Shown here one piece after another: positions 18,831 through 30,949 of a stretch of 64,000 nt of DNA. Below the pieces are notes generated by a model. That model did not search any database, had not been told where the DNA came from, and was given only the letters and a program-made list of their open reading frames with translations. A program made the position numbers and the translations under genes. Each line of letters begins with the position of its first letter. The stretch's first letter is position 1. The DNA is taken from the NCBI GenBank assembly GCA_965208675.1, contig OZ242351.1, positions 2,976,001 to 3,040,000 on the forward strand. The letters are read 5' to 3'. Source of the stretch: Candidatus Poribacteria bacterium (GTDB taxonomy: Bacteria; Poribacteria; WGA-4E; PCPOR2b).

Positions 18831-20210
18831 TCACACCTCACGTGTTTTAAAACTGCCAACCTTATTTCGGATGCGCACTCGCCGGATACTGCGTGCATCA
18901 GCATCAGAAATCACAATTATCAAGTTATCAGTTACAATCTCGTCACCCGGTCTGGAAATTGTACCGGTCTGCTCTAGGATATAGCCCGCAACTGTTTCAT
19001 AATCCCCAAATGGAATCGGAACACCGAACTGATCCTGTAAGACACTCACTTCCGCCCTTCCGTCACATTCAAGGATGCGTGGACTGACCAGACGGATATA
19101 CGAGCCCTCATCTTCCTCATGCGAGAATTCCCCGACAATTTCCTCAACCAAATCCTCGACTGTTATCAATCCGACAACGCCGCCGTACTCATTTACCACA
19201 AACACCATCGTGTGCCGGCTGTGTTGAATCTCTTTTAGCAGTACACTGGTTTTTTTCGATTCGGGCACTACATGTAAATCTGTGCGGACAAAACGCTCTA
19301 TAGTTGGTGTATCATGGTTAGCATAGATGACGTCAAGCAGGTGAATTATTCCGACAATGTTATATATTTGCCCTTCGTAAACCGGGAGGCGGGAAAAACC
19401 GGATTCCGATGCAGTCCGCAGGAAAGTCTCAACATCAGTGTTTTTTTCGACCGCAACAATATCAACGAGCGGAACCATTACCTGATCCACCGTCTGGGTC
19501 TGCAAGTCGAGAACGCTGTGAATCATCCGGCGCTGATCTCTGAGAAGCTCCCCGGATTGTTCCCCCATCGTCGCCAATAGACGTAATTCATCACGCCGCG
19601 CATCTGGCGAACTAGATTCAGTGTTTTTGCCAATAATCTTCACGAGATAATCTGTGAAGTATGTTACAATATTTACGATAAAGCCAAGTATGAACTTAGA
19701 GATTCTCAACGGATAGGCATAGCGCAAAGTAAGCGCATCCGCCTTAGCACGGAAGATTGTCTTGGGTAGAAGTTCACCAAAGATTAGCAAGAGCACTGTT
19801 ATGACGACTGTTGCAACCCGTTCTTGCGTTTTTTCAGTCGCAGCCAGCAGCAAAATCACAAGCAATAACATAAGTTGCGCCGCAACAACATTCGCCAGAT
19901 TGGTTCCAACTAACGTCAACCCAAGCATCTTTTCAGGGTTTTTGAGGAGATTACTGACAATTTTCGCACGTTTATTTTCTTCTTCCGCGAGCCGGTTAAT
20001 CTTTATCTTGTCAACGGAGACTAAAGCCGTTTCAGATCCAGAGTAGAAGGCGGACAATATTATGAAAACTACTAGACCGAACGTAAGTATGACAATCGGA
20101 AATAGATCTACCGATGTGAGCGGCTTGAAGAAACCCTGTGGAGGCGTCGCAGCCGTTAGTAAACAGCAAATTATCAAGAGTATGATGAATTTAAGATACG
20201 GTACTTTCAT
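18831..20210 (-). CDS. Hemolysin/CNNM family protein (DUF21-CBS-CorC)
   Basis: SAFYSGSETAL, FGELLPK, GFSRLPVY, NEYGGVVGLITVEDLVEEIVGE. Confidence 0.9.
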   Translation of the reverse strand: MKVPYLKFIILLIICCLLTAATPPQGFFKPLTSVDLFPIVILTFGLVVFIILSAFYSGSETALVSVDKIKINRLAEEENKRAKIVSNLLKNPEKMLGLTLVGTNLANVVAAQLMLLLVILLLAATEKTQERVATVVITVLLLIFGELLPKTIFRAKADALTLRYAYPLRISKFILGFIVNIVTYFTDYLVKIIGKNTESSSPDARRDELRLLATMGEQSGELLRDQRRMIHSVLDLQTQTVDQVMVPLVDIVAVEKNTDVETFLRTASESGFSRLPVYEGQIYNIVGIIHLLDVIYANHDTPTIERFVRTDLHVVPESKKTSVLLKEIQHSRHTMVFVVNEYGGVVGLITVEDLVEEIVGEFSHEEDEGSYIRLVSPRILECDGRAEVSVLQDQFGVPIPFGDYETVAGYILEQTGTISRPGDEIVTDNLIIVISDADARSIRRVRIRNKVGSFKTREV

Positions 20211-21589
20211 TTTGATTGCCCCGACGCGGCGCCATCTGTGCTTTCAGGCAGATTCATTATCACGGCGCCAATGAGATTTCCTTCCATTGCGGCAACCTCA
20301 AATCGGTTCCCGTGCTCGTCAACCTGAGATTCGCCGACAAACGGGATTCGCCCAAAAAGTCCCAAGACATAACCGCCAATCGTATCTGCAATTCCCTCGT
20401 CGATTTTCAAGTTGAACTGTTGATTAATCTGTCTAACACTGACACGTCCGAAGACCTCTATCATATCGGAATTATCGGGGTGCATGATGATTTCAGGATG
20501 AGCCAACGATGTATCATGTTCGTCAATGATATCGCCGACGACCTCTTCGATTATATCTTCAATAGTGGTGAGACCGGAAATACCGCCATGTTCATCTATT
20601 AGAATAGCCATTTTGTTTTTTTCACGGGTGAATTCAGATAGCAGATCTGCAATTTTTTTAGTTTCCAGTACAAAGAATGCGGGATGTACTAGATTCGGTT
20701 CAGACTGTGTGCGTCTGAACGTGTGTCGATTGATCAGAAAATTTTCAATTGTTACGTTTCCAATATCTGCGGTCCGCCATGAAGGAAGATCTTTGACATG
20801 GAAAACGCCGCAAATATTGTCTATCTGGTTTCGGTAGAGGGGTATACGCGAGAATCCAACTTCCCTTGCTTTATCTAATACTTCCTGGATAGTAGCCGAG
20901 GAATCCATCGCGACCATTTCGGTGCGTGGAACCATGATTTCTTTCGCTTCAATCTCCCGGAGTTCAAGGATGTTGCTTAGAATCTCACGCTCATCGGCTT
21001 GCAGCGTGTCCTCCTCATGAGTATTGACAATCACCTTGAAATCCTCAGCCGTGATACGTTCTTCTCTGGGGATATGGCTTCCGCCAAACAGCGGAATCAA
21101 AAGATTCGTGATGCCTCTTAGCACGATGCGAAAAGGGTAAATTAGCACGGAAAAGATCCAAAGTGGACGTGCCGTGATTCTAGAAAACCCCTCCGCGTAT
21201 TTAATCGCACACGTTTTCGGCGTAATCTCTCCAAAAATCAGAAGCAGCAATGTAATGAGGATGGTTGCAGTAACAATGGCAGGACCCGAAGCGCTTTGGG
21301 CGGGCACAGTAACATCTTGACTGAACACCTTGGAAATCAGGGAGAAAGAGATTACCGCAAAAGCGGCGTTAATAAAGGTATTGCCAAGCAGGATGGTGAT
21401 AAACAATCGGCGGGGATTATCTACAAAATTGACAATCGCTGTGGCGCTTTTTCTCTTGTCCTTGCGGAGACGTTCAATCTGCAACTTGGTCAGAGCGCAC
21501 AGTGCAGTCTCTGAACCGGAGAAAAAACCAGATAAAAATAGGAGCAGCCCCAATCCAATCAATCGGGGCAAAAACTGGTCAACTTCCAT
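20207..21589 (-). CDS. Hemolysin/CNNM family protein (DUF21-CBS-CorC)
   Basis: SGFFSGSETAL, FGEITPK, GFSRIPLY, DEHGGISGLTTIEDIIEEVVGDI. Confidence 0.9.
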   Translation of the reverse strand: MEVDQFLPRLIGLGLLLFLSGFFSGSETALCALTKLQIERLRKDKRKSATAIVNFVDNPRRLFITILLGNTFINAAFAVISFSLISKVFSQDVTVPAQSASGPAIVTATILITLLLLIFGEITPKTCAIKYAEGFSRITARPLWIFSVLIYPFRIVLRGITNLLIPLFGGSHIPREERITAEDFKVIVNTHEEDTLQADEREILSNILELREIEAKEIMVPRTEMVAMDSSATIQEVLDKAREVGFSRIPLYRNQIDNICGVFHVKDLPSWRTADIGNVTIENFLINRHTFRRTQSEPNLVHPAFFVLETKKIADLLSEFTREKNKMAILIDEHGGISGLTTIEDIIEEVVGDIIDEHDTSLAHPEIIMHPDNSDMIEVFGRVSVRQINQQFNLKIDEGIADTIGGYVLGLFGRIPFVGESQVDEHGNRFEVAAMEGNLIGAVIMNLPESTDGAASGQSK

Positions 21590-21777
21590 TGTGTTTGGTA
21601 ATTGCCTCGGCGAGGCTGATATTCAATCGGAGCCTCAATCGGTCGTTGGTACGGAACAGCAGTCAACAGATTAAAATCGCTTCTATTCCCCAAGAACCTG
21701 AACTGCCAACATTGTAGCATAAAAATCGCATAAAATCAAGAAATCTCATTAACTCAATTTGACGAATGGAACATTAG

Positions 21778-22446
21778 ATGAAAAAACGAGAACATATGCA
21801 ACGCATAGAAGCGTGTGGGGTAATAGCCATAATCCGCACAAATAACGCAGCTGAGCTAATCAAGGTTACAGACGCAATTAAAACCGGTGGAGTGGATATC
21901 ATTGAGATTACCATGACTACACCGAACGCCATAAGCATAATCAGCGGCGTGGCGGCGAATTACGGCGGCGAAATACTGGTGGGAGTTGGTTCGGTGCTTG
22001 ATGCGGAGACCGCCCGCGCGGCGATGCTTGCGGGCGCAGAATTTGTTGTCAGCCCCGTAACCAAACCGGATATCATCGAAATGTGTAACCGGTACGGTAC
22101 GGTTGTTATGTCCGGCGCATTCACACCAACTGAAATTCTAAAGGCATGGGAAACCGGTGCAGACTATGTCAAAGTTTTTCCCTCAAGCGGTGTCGGACCC
22201 GGCTACATCAAAGACATCAAAGCGCCAATGCCCCAAATTCCCCTTGTTCCAACAGGTGGCGTCAACCTCGATAATGCGGGAGAATTCATCAGGGCTGGCG
22301 CCGCAGCATTAGGAGTTGGAAGTGCGCTAGTGAATAATAAAATTGTCGCCGAAGGCCAATACAATCTCTTGACATCAAAAGCTCGGCGCTTAGTTGAAGC
22401 CGTGCAAATCGCGAAAACCGAATCAACCAATATGTCGGGTTCATGA
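21778..22446 (+). CDS. eda: KDPG/KHG aldolase
   Basis: IEITMTTP, GAEFVVSP, GAFTPTEI, VKVFP, PTGGV. Confidence 0.9.
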   Translation: MKKREHMQRIEACGVIAIIRTNNAAELIKVTDAIKTGGVDIIEITMTTPNAISIISGVAANYGGEILVGVGSVLDAETARAAMLAGAEFVVSPVTKPDIIEMCNRYGTVVMSGAFTPTEILKAWETGADYVKVFPSSGVGPGYIKDIKAPMPQIPLVPTGGVNLDNAGEFIRAGAAALGVGSALVNNKIVAEGQYNLLTSKARRLVEAVQIAKTESTNMSGS

Positions 22447-22670
22447 TGAAAACTAATCGCTGTTACGTTCCGCACTTAGCGCCAACATTCTAACCTGCCT
22501 TAAGTGGTTATCTTTAAAGTCAAAATCACATCTCACCCCTTCACCGAACTCAAACTCCACGATGGCAATCGAAGCCTTGTGCATAAAGGCTTGACAGCTC
22601 ATTCGGATTTGTGCTACTCTCTCCGCTAGCATATCATCTCCGGAAACGCATAGTAGCAAGGATTGCGCAT

Positions 22671-24617
22671 ATGCAATTGGACGGATTGGTCTTAGGAAAA
22701 TATTGGATTGAAACACTGATCAACAGCGGCAGCTTTGCTTCTGTTTTTCGCGCTAAAGAACAACTAACCAACCGCATTGTCGCTATAAAAACATTGTCCA
22801 AGTCCTCATATCCGCCGGGCCGCATGCGTTATCTGCTTACCGAATTGAGCGCCATGGGATTGAATTGGGGCCATCCGAATATCGTTTCAATTCATACGGT
22901 TGAACCCGGTGACGACAATTATATTGCCTATATTATCATGGAGCATGTGGATGGACCAAGTTTGCGGGAACTGATGAATGAAAAGCCAATCACACCCAAT
23001 CGAGCAATTAGCATTGCATTAGACGTTTGCCGCGGATTGGCCGCAGCGCATGAATGTAACATCATTCACAGAGACATTAAACCGCAAAATATCCTCTTGA
23101 CCGCCAATCTCACAGCCAAAATTTCAGACTTTGGCGTCGCACGCATTCTTGAAACAGCAAACGAATACGCAGGAACCATCACAGGAACACGCAAATACAT
23201 GTCGCCTGAACAGTACGAGGGCAATTATGACCACAGGGCAGATCTCTATTCGACAGGGTTGACACTTTACGAAATGTTGACCGGCAGATCTCCTTTCAGA
23301 GGTGCAAATCATAATGAGATTCAAGCGAAAAAACGATCTGCAGCGTTTGACCTCGCTGGCGTGCCTAACGATTTTCACGACATCCTGCTAAAAGCATTGC
23401 ATCCCGATGTGAACGGACGTTATCGTTCAGCCGCGGAAATGCATGATGACTTGGATCAAATTCGCCGAAAATGGTATGCCGCCGCGGCAAGAAGTGCCAT
23501 CAGCAGCTACTCAAATGCAGACATTCTATCTGCCGCTTTATCCAAAAGCAGAGAGGAATTAAGACTCTCTACCGAAGCGGCTGAGAATATCGAATCGGAA
23601 ATTCTACGCGAAGGGCAAGTTGAATTTGAGGAGAAGAAACGAAACGAGTGTGAAAATGAGGTGGATAAACACTACGATTTAGCTATTGAAAATCTCCGTT
23701 CTGATTCGCCGCAGATCGCTTTGCAGGAGATGCAGCAAGCGCACCGCCTCTACCTGGCAAACGCCCGCGCCGCCAAGAAAGCAGATGGGATATTTCACGA
23801 GTTGTCGGAACATATTTCCAACATCCTTCCCACAAAAGCACGAGCGTTAATTCAATCCATCAATGAATTGCCTGCGAATGAGAAATTGGAATTGAAGGAA
23901 TGGTTCTACAGCCAATTCTCGCCCAGCGAATCGGATGACCCTTCCTCCCTCAATTCTCAAAGCACAGATAATAGGCCCCTACCTCATGAATCGGGTGACG
24001 CTCACCCAGGGAATGATCCATCGCCAGAATATATGTTGAAAGAGTGTCATGAGGAGATTCAAAACGCTCACGAACTCGAGGCAACTCAAATTTGTCAGTC
24101 GGCTGAAGAGTTTGCTCGACAGCGAAAACCAAGGCGAGCTCGGTCAGAATATAAAAAACTCGGGGAATTTTATCGGAAACAAGCCGATTCATTTATCACA
24201 TCGGGGGATTGGGAATCAGCTTCGGAATGTTATGCACGTTCTCGGCTCGCCTATATGGCAGCGCGGCGCATTACTAATGCGAGACAGAGCGCAGGAGAAG
24301 CCGGTTTTCACTTCGCCGAAGCCGCCGCGTTGCATGAAAGAAAACAAAATTGGGCTGAAGCCGGTAATTTGTATTTACAATCGGCGGAACAATTTGAATT
24401 CTCCGACCAATCAGAATCGGCTGATGAAAGCCGGCTGCGGGCAACAATCTGCTATTTCAACGTTGCTGAGGACGCACGCACAGCCGGAAAGCTGAAACAG
24501 GCTTACGACTTTTGCGAAAAGACCTTGGCAATAGCAAAAGACATGCGCAGGCCTACCAATGCAGCAAACGGCGCGCGAAAACTAATCAGGGAAATTGAGG
24601 ATTTTTTTCTGGGTTGA
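22671..24617 (+). CDS. Ser/Thr protein kinase with TPR-like helical C-terminus
   Basis: VAIK, HRDIKPQN, DFGVAR, YMSPEQ; Ala-rich helical repeats at the C-terminus. Confidence 0.9.
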   Translation: MQLDGLVLGKYWIETLINSGSFASVFRAKEQLTNRIVAIKTLSKSSYPPGRMRYLLTELSAMGLNWGHPNIVSIHTVEPGDDNYIAYIIMEHVDGPSLRELMNEKPITPNRAISIALDVCRGLAAAHECNIIHRDIKPQNILLTANLTAKISDFGVARILETANEYAGTITGTRKYMSPEQYEGNYDHRADLYSTGLTLYEMLTGRSPFRGANHNEIQAKKRSAAFDLAGVPNDFHDILLKALHPDVNGRYRSAAEMHDDLDQIRRKWYAAAARSAISSYSNADILSAALSKSREELRLSTEAAENIESEILREGQVEFEEKKRNECENEVDKHYDLAIENLRSDSPQIALQEMQQAHRLYLANARAAKKADGIFHELSEHISNILPTKARALIQSINELPANEKLELKEWFYSQFSPSESDDPSSLNSQSTDNRPLPHESGDAHPGNDPSPEYMLKECHEEIQNAHELEATQICQSAEEFARQRKPRRARSEYKKLGEFYRKQADSFITSGDWESASECYARSRLAYMAARRITNARQSAGEAGFHFAEAAALHERKQNWAEAGNLYLQSAEQFEFSDQSESADESRLRATICYFNVAEDARTAGKLKQAYDFCEKTLAIAKDMRRPTNAANGARKLIREIEDFFLG

Positions 24618-24755
24618 TCTCACTTAATGATTTGCGCACTGCACCTCATCGGGAAATAATCCATCCGCTATGCGCATCCCGGCAGTAAATTCATCCCAAC
24701 GCTTTTCGTTGAGGGAAATTCAGCGTAAACGTCAATCCATCCGTTACATCATGGC

Positions 24756-25589
24756 ATGAGAAATTCGGAAATGAGAGCAAATCAAATAAAATCGACTTTA
24801 CACAAAGGAGAAATTTTAATTGGAACCTTTGTAATGGAATTTTCGGTATCATCGATTGCAACGCTCTTGGCAAGCGCCGGCGCCGATTTTATCGTTGTAT
24901 GTATGGAACATACCACTTTCACAATAGAATCCGTCGGACGCATCATCAGAGCTGCTAGAGGGTCTGATTTGCCCAGCATTGTACGGCCGCCAGCGTTGGA
25001 ACGGCATTTTATCTCTAGAGCTCTTGATGCAGGCGCTTCAGGGCTGATGGTGCCGCGCATTGAATCGCGCAAAGATGTTGAAAAAATCACCGCATGGGCA
25101 AAATATGCGCCGGAAGGCGACCGAGGCGTCGCATTTGGCATCGCGCACACCGATTATGGGGATTTTCGCAAGTTAGACGGTGTCAAATACACGAAGCAGG
25201 CAAATGAAGAGATTTTTATTATCGGGCAGATTGAAACCGCGAAAGCCGTCGAAAATATCAATGAAATCCTCGATAGCGGCGGATTAGACGCTATCTTTAT
25301 AGGACCCTACGATCTATCAACTTCATTAGGCGTATCGGGGCAGCTCGATCACCCGCTAGTCGTCGCCAGCATTGAGAGTGTCATTGCCAAAGCAAAAGCC
25401 TACGACGTTATTCTTGGAAGCTACGTAAACGATTTTGAGAGTGGCAAACGGTGGGCAGATGAGGGCGTTCAATTGATTGCTTGTGGCAACGACGCTTTTT
25501 TGCTGACCTGCAAATTTGCCGAAGAGCATCAGAAATTTCAAGACTATTCGCGTAGGAATCGGGGCATCAACCCACCGGTCAACGGCTAA
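24756..25589 (+). CDS. HpcH/HpaI aldolase family protein
   Basis: MEHT, LDAGASGLMVP, QIET, IGPYDLSTSLG. Confidence 0.9.
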   Translation: MRNSEMRANQIKSTLHKGEILIGTFVMEFSVSSIATLLASAGADFIVVCMEHTTFTIESVGRIIRAARGSDLPSIVRPPALERHFISRALDAGASGLMVPRIESRKDVEKITAWAKYAPEGDRGVAFGIAHTDYGDFRKLDGVKYTKQANEEIFIIGQIETAKAVENINEILDSGGLDAIFIGPYDLSTSLGVSGQLDHPLVVASIESVIAKAKAYDVILGSYVNDFESGKRWADEGVQLIACGNDAFLLTCKFAEEHQKFQDYSRRNRGINPPVNG

Positions 25590-25616
25590 ATCGGCGCACA
25601 CCGAAGGAGCACCAAC

Positions 25617-25856
25617 ATCACGGCATCTGAACTCTTAGCGACAGTCAAGGCGGGGGAGCACGTTCCTTGCGGTACATGCAGCAAAGGTATTCCGGCGGAT
25701 GACATTGCAAGAATAGCCTTTAAGCTAGGTAAGCTCGCGCCCCGGATGGAGCGCGCACGGGTTGGATCAATTCGCTGCGCACAGTGTCAGCACGATGACC
25801 CCAAATTCCAGGCTGAGCCTCGTGGACCAGATATCAAATTTGTCAGAGGGGATTAA
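25617..25856 (+). CDS. Small Zn-ribbon protein with ATC in the start position (79 aa)
   Basis: RBS GAAGGAG, then ATC; open frame with CGTC and CAQC; ends EPRGPDIKFVRGD*. Not in the ORF track. Confidence 0.6.
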   Translation: MTASELLATVKAGEHVPCGTCSKGIPADDIARIAFKLGKLAPRMERARVGSIRCAQCQHDDPKFQAEPRGPDIKFVRGD

Positions 25857-25868
25857 TGCAGCGCTGAA

Positions 25869-26762
25869 TTAGGGCGTTTCCGCCGCAACGAGTTCTTTCT
25901 CTTTCAGCTCAAAAGCAAAAAATCTGAGCAGATACATCCGCTCTTGATTTACGGTTACCGGAATCATCTGGTTGTATTGGTATTTGACAACGCCCACATT
26001 GGGAACGACCCAGTATTTTGCCGGCTCATATCTGGCAACTTCCAATTCCGGCGGATCAGCATTAGATAGTTTTACAGTCGTTTCCTCCGACAAACCTACA
26101 ATCTCCTCCTCAACTAGGTACGCATCGTAGTTGCCGTCGGGAACTGCCACCGGCACGCCTTCATCAAGAACACGGCGAATAACCTCGACGGTCGGTTCAG
26201 TCGTTTTCTCAACCACAGTCCACGAATTGCCTTTCTTCAACGGAAAATCCCAGAACCGATAGGGGGAAAAGTGTTTCAGGTGGAAAACCCTTGAAGGATT
26301 GGCAACATCAAATGCCGATTCAATCTGAGTTCGTGATGTTTTCAAAAAGTAGGTTGCAATCACAAAATTCGGTTCTACAATCCGAAAATCGGACTGAAAA
26401 AAGTAGACGGCGTTAGCAGAAAGATGATCGACCGCTTCTCGGCTGGCGCTGTCAGGGTCACCGGGAATTTCTATCTCGCTGATTGTCATCTGCCGATGGG
26501 TCAACCCTTCAACCTCTCGGGTATTCTCAATTCTCAACGTGAATTCCTGGCCGGTTTCCACATTCACATAGCTCCAAGCAGAACCGTTGTTTGTGGGAAA
26601 ATCTACCGCATGCAGCCCTTCGTCGAAAGGCGGCGCCTCCTCGACATCGCCGTGCGGGTCTATCAACCCGTCCTCGCCGCACCCCAGAACCAATAGCAGC
26701 AGGCAGCCAATGAGCGCTGCCCTGCGCACCGGAACCAGAGAAATAACCGTGAATCTTGCCAT
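25869..26762 (-). CDS. Hypothetical lipoprotein
   Basis: Lipobox LVLGC; 'YWVVPNVGVVK' beta-rich motif. Confidence 0.7.
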   Translation of the reverse strand: MARFTVISLVPVRRAALIGCLLLLVLGCGEDGLIDPHGDVEEAPPFDEGLHAVDFPTNNGSAWSYVNVETGQEFTLRIENTREVEGLTHRQMTISEIEIPGDPDSASREAVDHLSANAVYFFQSDFRIVEPNFVIATYFLKTSRTQIESAFDVANPSRVFHLKHFSPYRFWDFPLKKGNSWTVVEKTTEPTVEVIRRVLDEGVPVAVPDGNYDAYLVEEEIVGLSEETTVKLSNADPPELEVARYEPAKYWVVPNVGVVKYQYNQMIPVTVNQERMYLLRFFAFELKEKELVAAETP

Positions 26763-26916
26763 CTTCTAAAAGTATCCCTTGGTTTTAACGATACCAATCC
26801 CCAATTTACAACCATGTAGGAGGGAATTCCGATTCCAGACTTCCTGTCCGGATACCGTGCCCAGAGCAGGCGGAAATTCCAATTCCCGCCTATCCGTTCA
26901 GGTTAAAATTCCGCGC

Positions 26917-29322
26917 CTACTTCGTGATGACCATTTTCTGCGTATCAACAGAACTACCCGTCCTTAAACTATAGAAATATACGCTGCTCGCAGCGCGAAC
27001 GCCCGTATTCGTGCGCCCATCCCAATGTGCAGCCTCTCCCTGCTTGATATACCGCCCTCGCACTTTCACGCCGAGATTTAGCGTGCGAACCAATGCGCCG
27101 GAGATATCGTAGATTTCAATCGAAACAGGTGAGTCCTCTGCCAATTCGTAAGGAATCCAAACGTCTGGATTGAAGGGGTTAGGATAACTTTGCAGCAAGC
27201 GCGTGTGCAGCGGCGGCGCAGCAGTGGTATTCAGCGGAGTGAAGGCAGGCGTGATACCCTGTGCATCAATGCCCGGCCTTCCCATGAGGCCAACGGCGTT
27301 GACCGGAACTACGGCGTAAAAATAACGTATATTCTGTGGATCAAAACGAGAATCTTCGACATCAATGTCTTGAAAAATGGTTACGTCTTCAAAGCTGGTG
27401 TCAGTCGCATTGACGCGCCCAATAATATTGATATCCCCTTCAGGGATGCCGTTGCCGTCTCGATCCGCGGCAACAAGGACTTCCGCCGCATTCTGGAACG
27501 GTTGTGGGCTGTCAGTGTCATATATGGATGTATACCGTTTGCGGATTATGGCGACCTCTCGAATACCGCTCAAATCTTCAAGCGTCCATTGAACTAATAC
27601 CCCGCCCTCGCTGCCCTGCGACACCGTGGGAGTAGACAATACTCCCGCGGGCGGGCGGCCCGCCATGTAGCTCACCGACCCGCCAAATGCCGCTGAAATA
27701 AAACGTCCGGATACAGACCGGCCGCCTTCAACTACGACGCGTTCAACATCCGGACGAACATTGATTAGGATTAACGTTACCTTTTGAATCTCACCCCCAA
27801 AATCATTGAACGTGATTTGGGCTTCCTGGGATCGATGATACGTCAATGCCTCGCGAACTTCTGTTGTTCCATCCCGCTTTTCTACGGCGAATTTCGCCCC
27901 CCAGCCGCGCAGACCTGTGGCTTCATGCCGATCCAACTCCCCTTGAATGGCGTCGCGGTCTCCCGCAGAGAGTTCGTTCATGTCCATTGGAGCGAGATCC
28001 GCGCCATCAACCTTGACGGCAAATTCGTTCATCACGCCATCCGGCTCGAAAACTATATAGCGCGCTGAAAACGGTTCGGGCATAGATTCCGAATCGAAAT
28101 CAATGCGAACCGGGTAGCGCTGATGCACATCGCTTGGATGGATAGCCACTGGCGGGAACCGATGGCCGTTGAAGTAATGCTCCCCGTCGTCACGATTGTA
28201 CGTGAAGTAATTCCATTCGGTGAACGTCTTAAATGCTTCAACAAGCGTCGTTCCATAATTCCTGAAGACACCTTCAAAGTTGCCGTACTCGCGGTACGAG
28301 CCTTCGGTGGCGCCGCCGTAAAATTGCCTGACTATATCGACGCCGAACCGCTCCGCCATATAAAATACGAATATCACCGAACCGTACTCATGGTCGCCGA
28401 CACGATTTCTGAGCGCAATGTCCGGCTGAAGAAACCAACGGCGCAACTGCCCAGAATAGTAGTTGTAAGCGTTGGTCTCGCCAATCTCGTCAGGGTCTGC
28501 AATGTCATCAAGATCGTCAATCAAACCGCCGTCGTACACCTTTGACTCTGACCACGTCGCAGACGCCTCCATAAACCATGTCGGCATCAGCGCGTTATAG
28601 GCATACTGCACGCCGTGGAAAAATTCATGTGCACACGTCGTTTCAATAAACCGAACGGCTTCCGACTTCCCGAAATACAGGTGCATGCGAGAGTTGATTC
28701 CGAACCATGGAGCCGTAGTTACGACCGTCGACAATACACGTCCATAGCTGCTGCTGCTGACAGTTATACCCAGTGCAGGGAACATAAACAGGTATACGTC
28801 GTATTTTTGGTTGCCTCCATTTACCTTAACCCAAAAATCGTCAAGCGGCGCTTTATAACCCATCAATTCTATCTGAACATGGTAAGATCGTTCCAGCGCA
28901 TCGGCGCAGATATCGACGTAATCGGGAACTCCGTTCATCGGATTGAAGTCGTCGGACGGAGGCGCATGGCGGCCAACCGTGGTGTAGTGGAGTCGGAAGT
29001 GCGGTGTGTCATACTTTTTGGGTAGATACACAGATCCAAAGAGGCTTCCCGGCGCACCAGGACGAAGGAATATACCCTGAAATTCCCTCTGGTAGATTGC
29101 TGGAAGGTGATGCCAATTTGCAGCGAGAATATTTAAGCTGTCCGTGAAGCACTCTTGAAGTTCGGACGAATCATAACTCGTTTTGAGGTTAATATACTTT
29201 CGAGCCTCCCAAACTGCGCTGAACAACTCTGGATCGGGAGGTTGCGCGTCAACACACGATGCCGTAAATCCAAAAATACTAATAATCGCCAATACACATA
29301 AGCGAAAAGTCATCTCGTTCAC
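26917..29322 (-). CDS. Secreted zinc metalloprotease-like protein (MXAN_6640-like) with FlgD-Ig C-terminal domain
   Basis: Signal peptide; AHEFFHGVQ...WFMEASATW; C-terminal [19 protein letters not shown]. Confidence 0.8.
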   Translation of the reverse strand: MNEMTFRLCVLAIISIFGFTASCVDAQPPDPELFSAVWEARKYINLKTSYDSSELQECFTDSLNILAANWHHLPAIYQREFQGIFLRPGAPGSLFGSVYLPKKYDTPHFRLHYTTVGRHAPPSDDFNPMNGVPDYVDICADALERSYHVQIELMGYKAPLDDFWVKVNGGNQKYDVYLFMFPALGITVSSSSYGRVLSTVVTTAPWFGINSRMHLYFGKSEAVRFIETTCAHEFFHGVQYAYNALMPTWFMEASATWSESKVYDGGLIDDLDDIADPDEIGETNAYNYYSGQLRRWFLQPDIALRNRVGDHEYGSVIFVFYMAERFGVDIVRQFYGGATEGSYREYGNFEGVFRNYGTTLVEAFKTFTEWNYFTYNRDDGEHYFNGHRFPPVAIHPSDVHQRYPVRIDFDSESMPEPFSARYIVFEPDGVMNEFAVKVDGADLAPMDMNELSAGDRDAIQGELDRHEATGLRGWGAKFAVEKRDGTTEVREALTYHRSQEAQITFNDFGGEIQKVTLILINVRPDVERVVVEGGRSVSGRFISAAFGGSVSYMAGRPPAGVLSTPTVSQGSEGGVLVQWTLEDLSGIREVAIIRKRYTSIYDTDSPQPFQNAAEVLVAADRDGNGIPEGDINIIGRVNATDTSFEDVTIFQDIDVEDSRFDPQNIRYFYAVVPVNAVGLMGRPGIDAQGITPAFTPLNTTAAPPLHTRLLQSYPNPFNPDVWIPYELAEDSPVSIEIYDISGALVRTLNLGVKVRGRYIKQGEAAHWDGRTNTGVRAASSVYFYSLRTGSSVDTQKMVITK

Positions 29323-30104
29323 CTAATCATGCCCTCCCAAGAACTTGATGCCGTCGCATACAGTTTTTTTGGGATGCGCCCAGCTAAAAACGCTTGGCGT
29401 CCAGCCTCAATCGCTTTGCGCATAGCTTCCGCCATCATCACAGGCTGGCGTGCCTTAGCTACCGCAGTATTGAGCAAAACACCGTCACAACCAAGCTCCA
29501 TCGCAACGGTTGCATCAGAGGCGGTTCCCACGCCGGCATCGACGATGAGAGGCAGGCTGACACTATCGCGAATGATTTCGATGTTGTAAGGGTTCCGAAT
29601 CCCCATGCCTGAACCGATAGGCGCCCCCAACGGCATGACAGCCGCGCACCCCAAATCCTCCAGCTTCTTGCAGGTGATTGGATCGTCGTTACAATACGGC
29701 AGCACAGTGAAACCGTCTTTGACTAACGTTGCTGCTGCGCATAGCAACTGTTCAACATCGGGAAACAGCGTCTCATCATCGCCGATGACTTCCAGCTTGA
29801 TGAGGTCGGTGCCGAGCGCTTCACGTGCCAATTGAGCAGTCAGTATCGCCTCCTTCGCCGTATAACAGCCCGCAGTGTTCGGCAGGATAATGTATCCGCG
29901 CGTTTGCAGCATATTGAACAGGTTTTCTTCGGCGCCCGATAGCTTTACCCGGCGGAGGGCAACTGTGACCATCTCTACACCCGCTATTTCAAGTGCACGA
30001 AGCATCACATCGAAATTCGGGTAACCCGATGTCCCCATAATTAATCGGGATTGATAGTCGCTGCCGCCAATTCTCAGTCCATCCATCTTTTCCATCTTGC
30101 ACAA
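29319..30104 (-). CDS. thiG: Thiazole synthase
   Basis: [35 protein letters not shown]. Confidence 0.96.
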   Translation of the reverse strand: MCKMEKMDGLRIGGSDYQSRLIMGTSGYPNFDVMLRALEIAGVEMVTVALRRVKLSGAEENLFNMLQTRGYIILPNTAGCYTAKEAILTAQLAREALGTDLIKLEVIGDDETLFPDVEQLLCAAATLVKDGFTVLPYCNDDPITCKKLEDLGCAAVMPLGAPIGSGMGIRNPYNIEIIRDSVSLPLIVDAGVGTASDATVAMELGCDGVLLNTAVAKARQPVMMAEAMRKAIEAGRQAFLAGRIPKKLYATASSSWEGMIR

Positions 30105-30233
30105 AAATCCCTAAGCGCCCTCACTCAACGGAAATAACACCCTTTCGGATAGCAGCAGACCCATACATGTCCTACAAAGCAACCCACATCCGGATTTAAT
30201 TGAACACATCGCAAAAATGGGTGTGTCCCGGCA

Positions 30234-30866
30234 TCAAATGGTACCAATATTCCTTCCAAAGAAGAACATGCCAATTGCGAAGGCAACCAATATGCCTCCC
30301 ATGACCAAACAAAAAATACAGGTAATCATCTTCGTTGGTACGGACGAGATGCGGAAATACTCGTTCATCGCATTGACAACCTCTTTAAGCACCGAATGGT
30401 ATCCACGCTGTTTGACCTTGATAATGCCCGTTCCCATCCACGAATGAATAGCTACCTGCAAGTCCGCATCAATTGTTGTAAGCCGTATTACGGAAAGACT
30501 CTCGTCATAGGGCAACTGTAGTTTCTCGAGCGCCGCTAGCAGCGCCTCGCGAAAAGATGTATCTGTAACGGCGTACGCCGTGAATCCCTTTAATTGATAC
30601 CACATCATTATGAGAACAACTACGAGAAAAACCGGGGTTACCCAATTTATGACATCGAAATTTCCGGGTAACGATAATGAGATGTTCAATACGGCTACCG
30701 GAATGAAGACAACGAACATCTCTGACAGATGCCATCTGTTCGAGACCAAAAAAGGCCGCTTGGTCAAGATGCCCCGAAGCCCAACCGTCAAGGAGAAGAT
30801 TGCCATAAGTCCAAACATAATTGGAAATGCAATTGAAAATATCATCTCATAGAAATCAAGATTCAT
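30234..30866 (-). CDS. 4-TM hypothetical membrane protein, paralog 1
   Basis: Highly similar to 30950-31564 and 32583-33200. Confidence 0.8.
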   Translation of the reverse strand: MNLDFYEMIFSIAFPIMFGLMAIFSLTVGLRGILTKRPFLVSNRWHLSEMFVVFIPVAVLNISLSLPGNFDVINWVTPVFLVVVLIMMWYQLKGFTAYAVTDTSFREALLAALEKLQLPYDESLSVIRLTTIDADLQVAIHSWMGTGIIKVKQRGYHSVLKEVVNAMNEYFRISSVPTKMITCIFCLVMGGILVAFAIGMFFFGRNIGTI

Positions 30867-30949
30867 TTTGTTTCTCCACCCTTCCCCAAAACGCTAAACA
30901 CATTAGTTCAAACGGAACTCTCTCGACATCATACGGTTACGAAGATATT

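Noticed and set aside
30105-30233. TPP riboswitch upstream of thiG
   Set aside because: No GCTGAGA or CCTGA..GCGTAGG-type core is visible.
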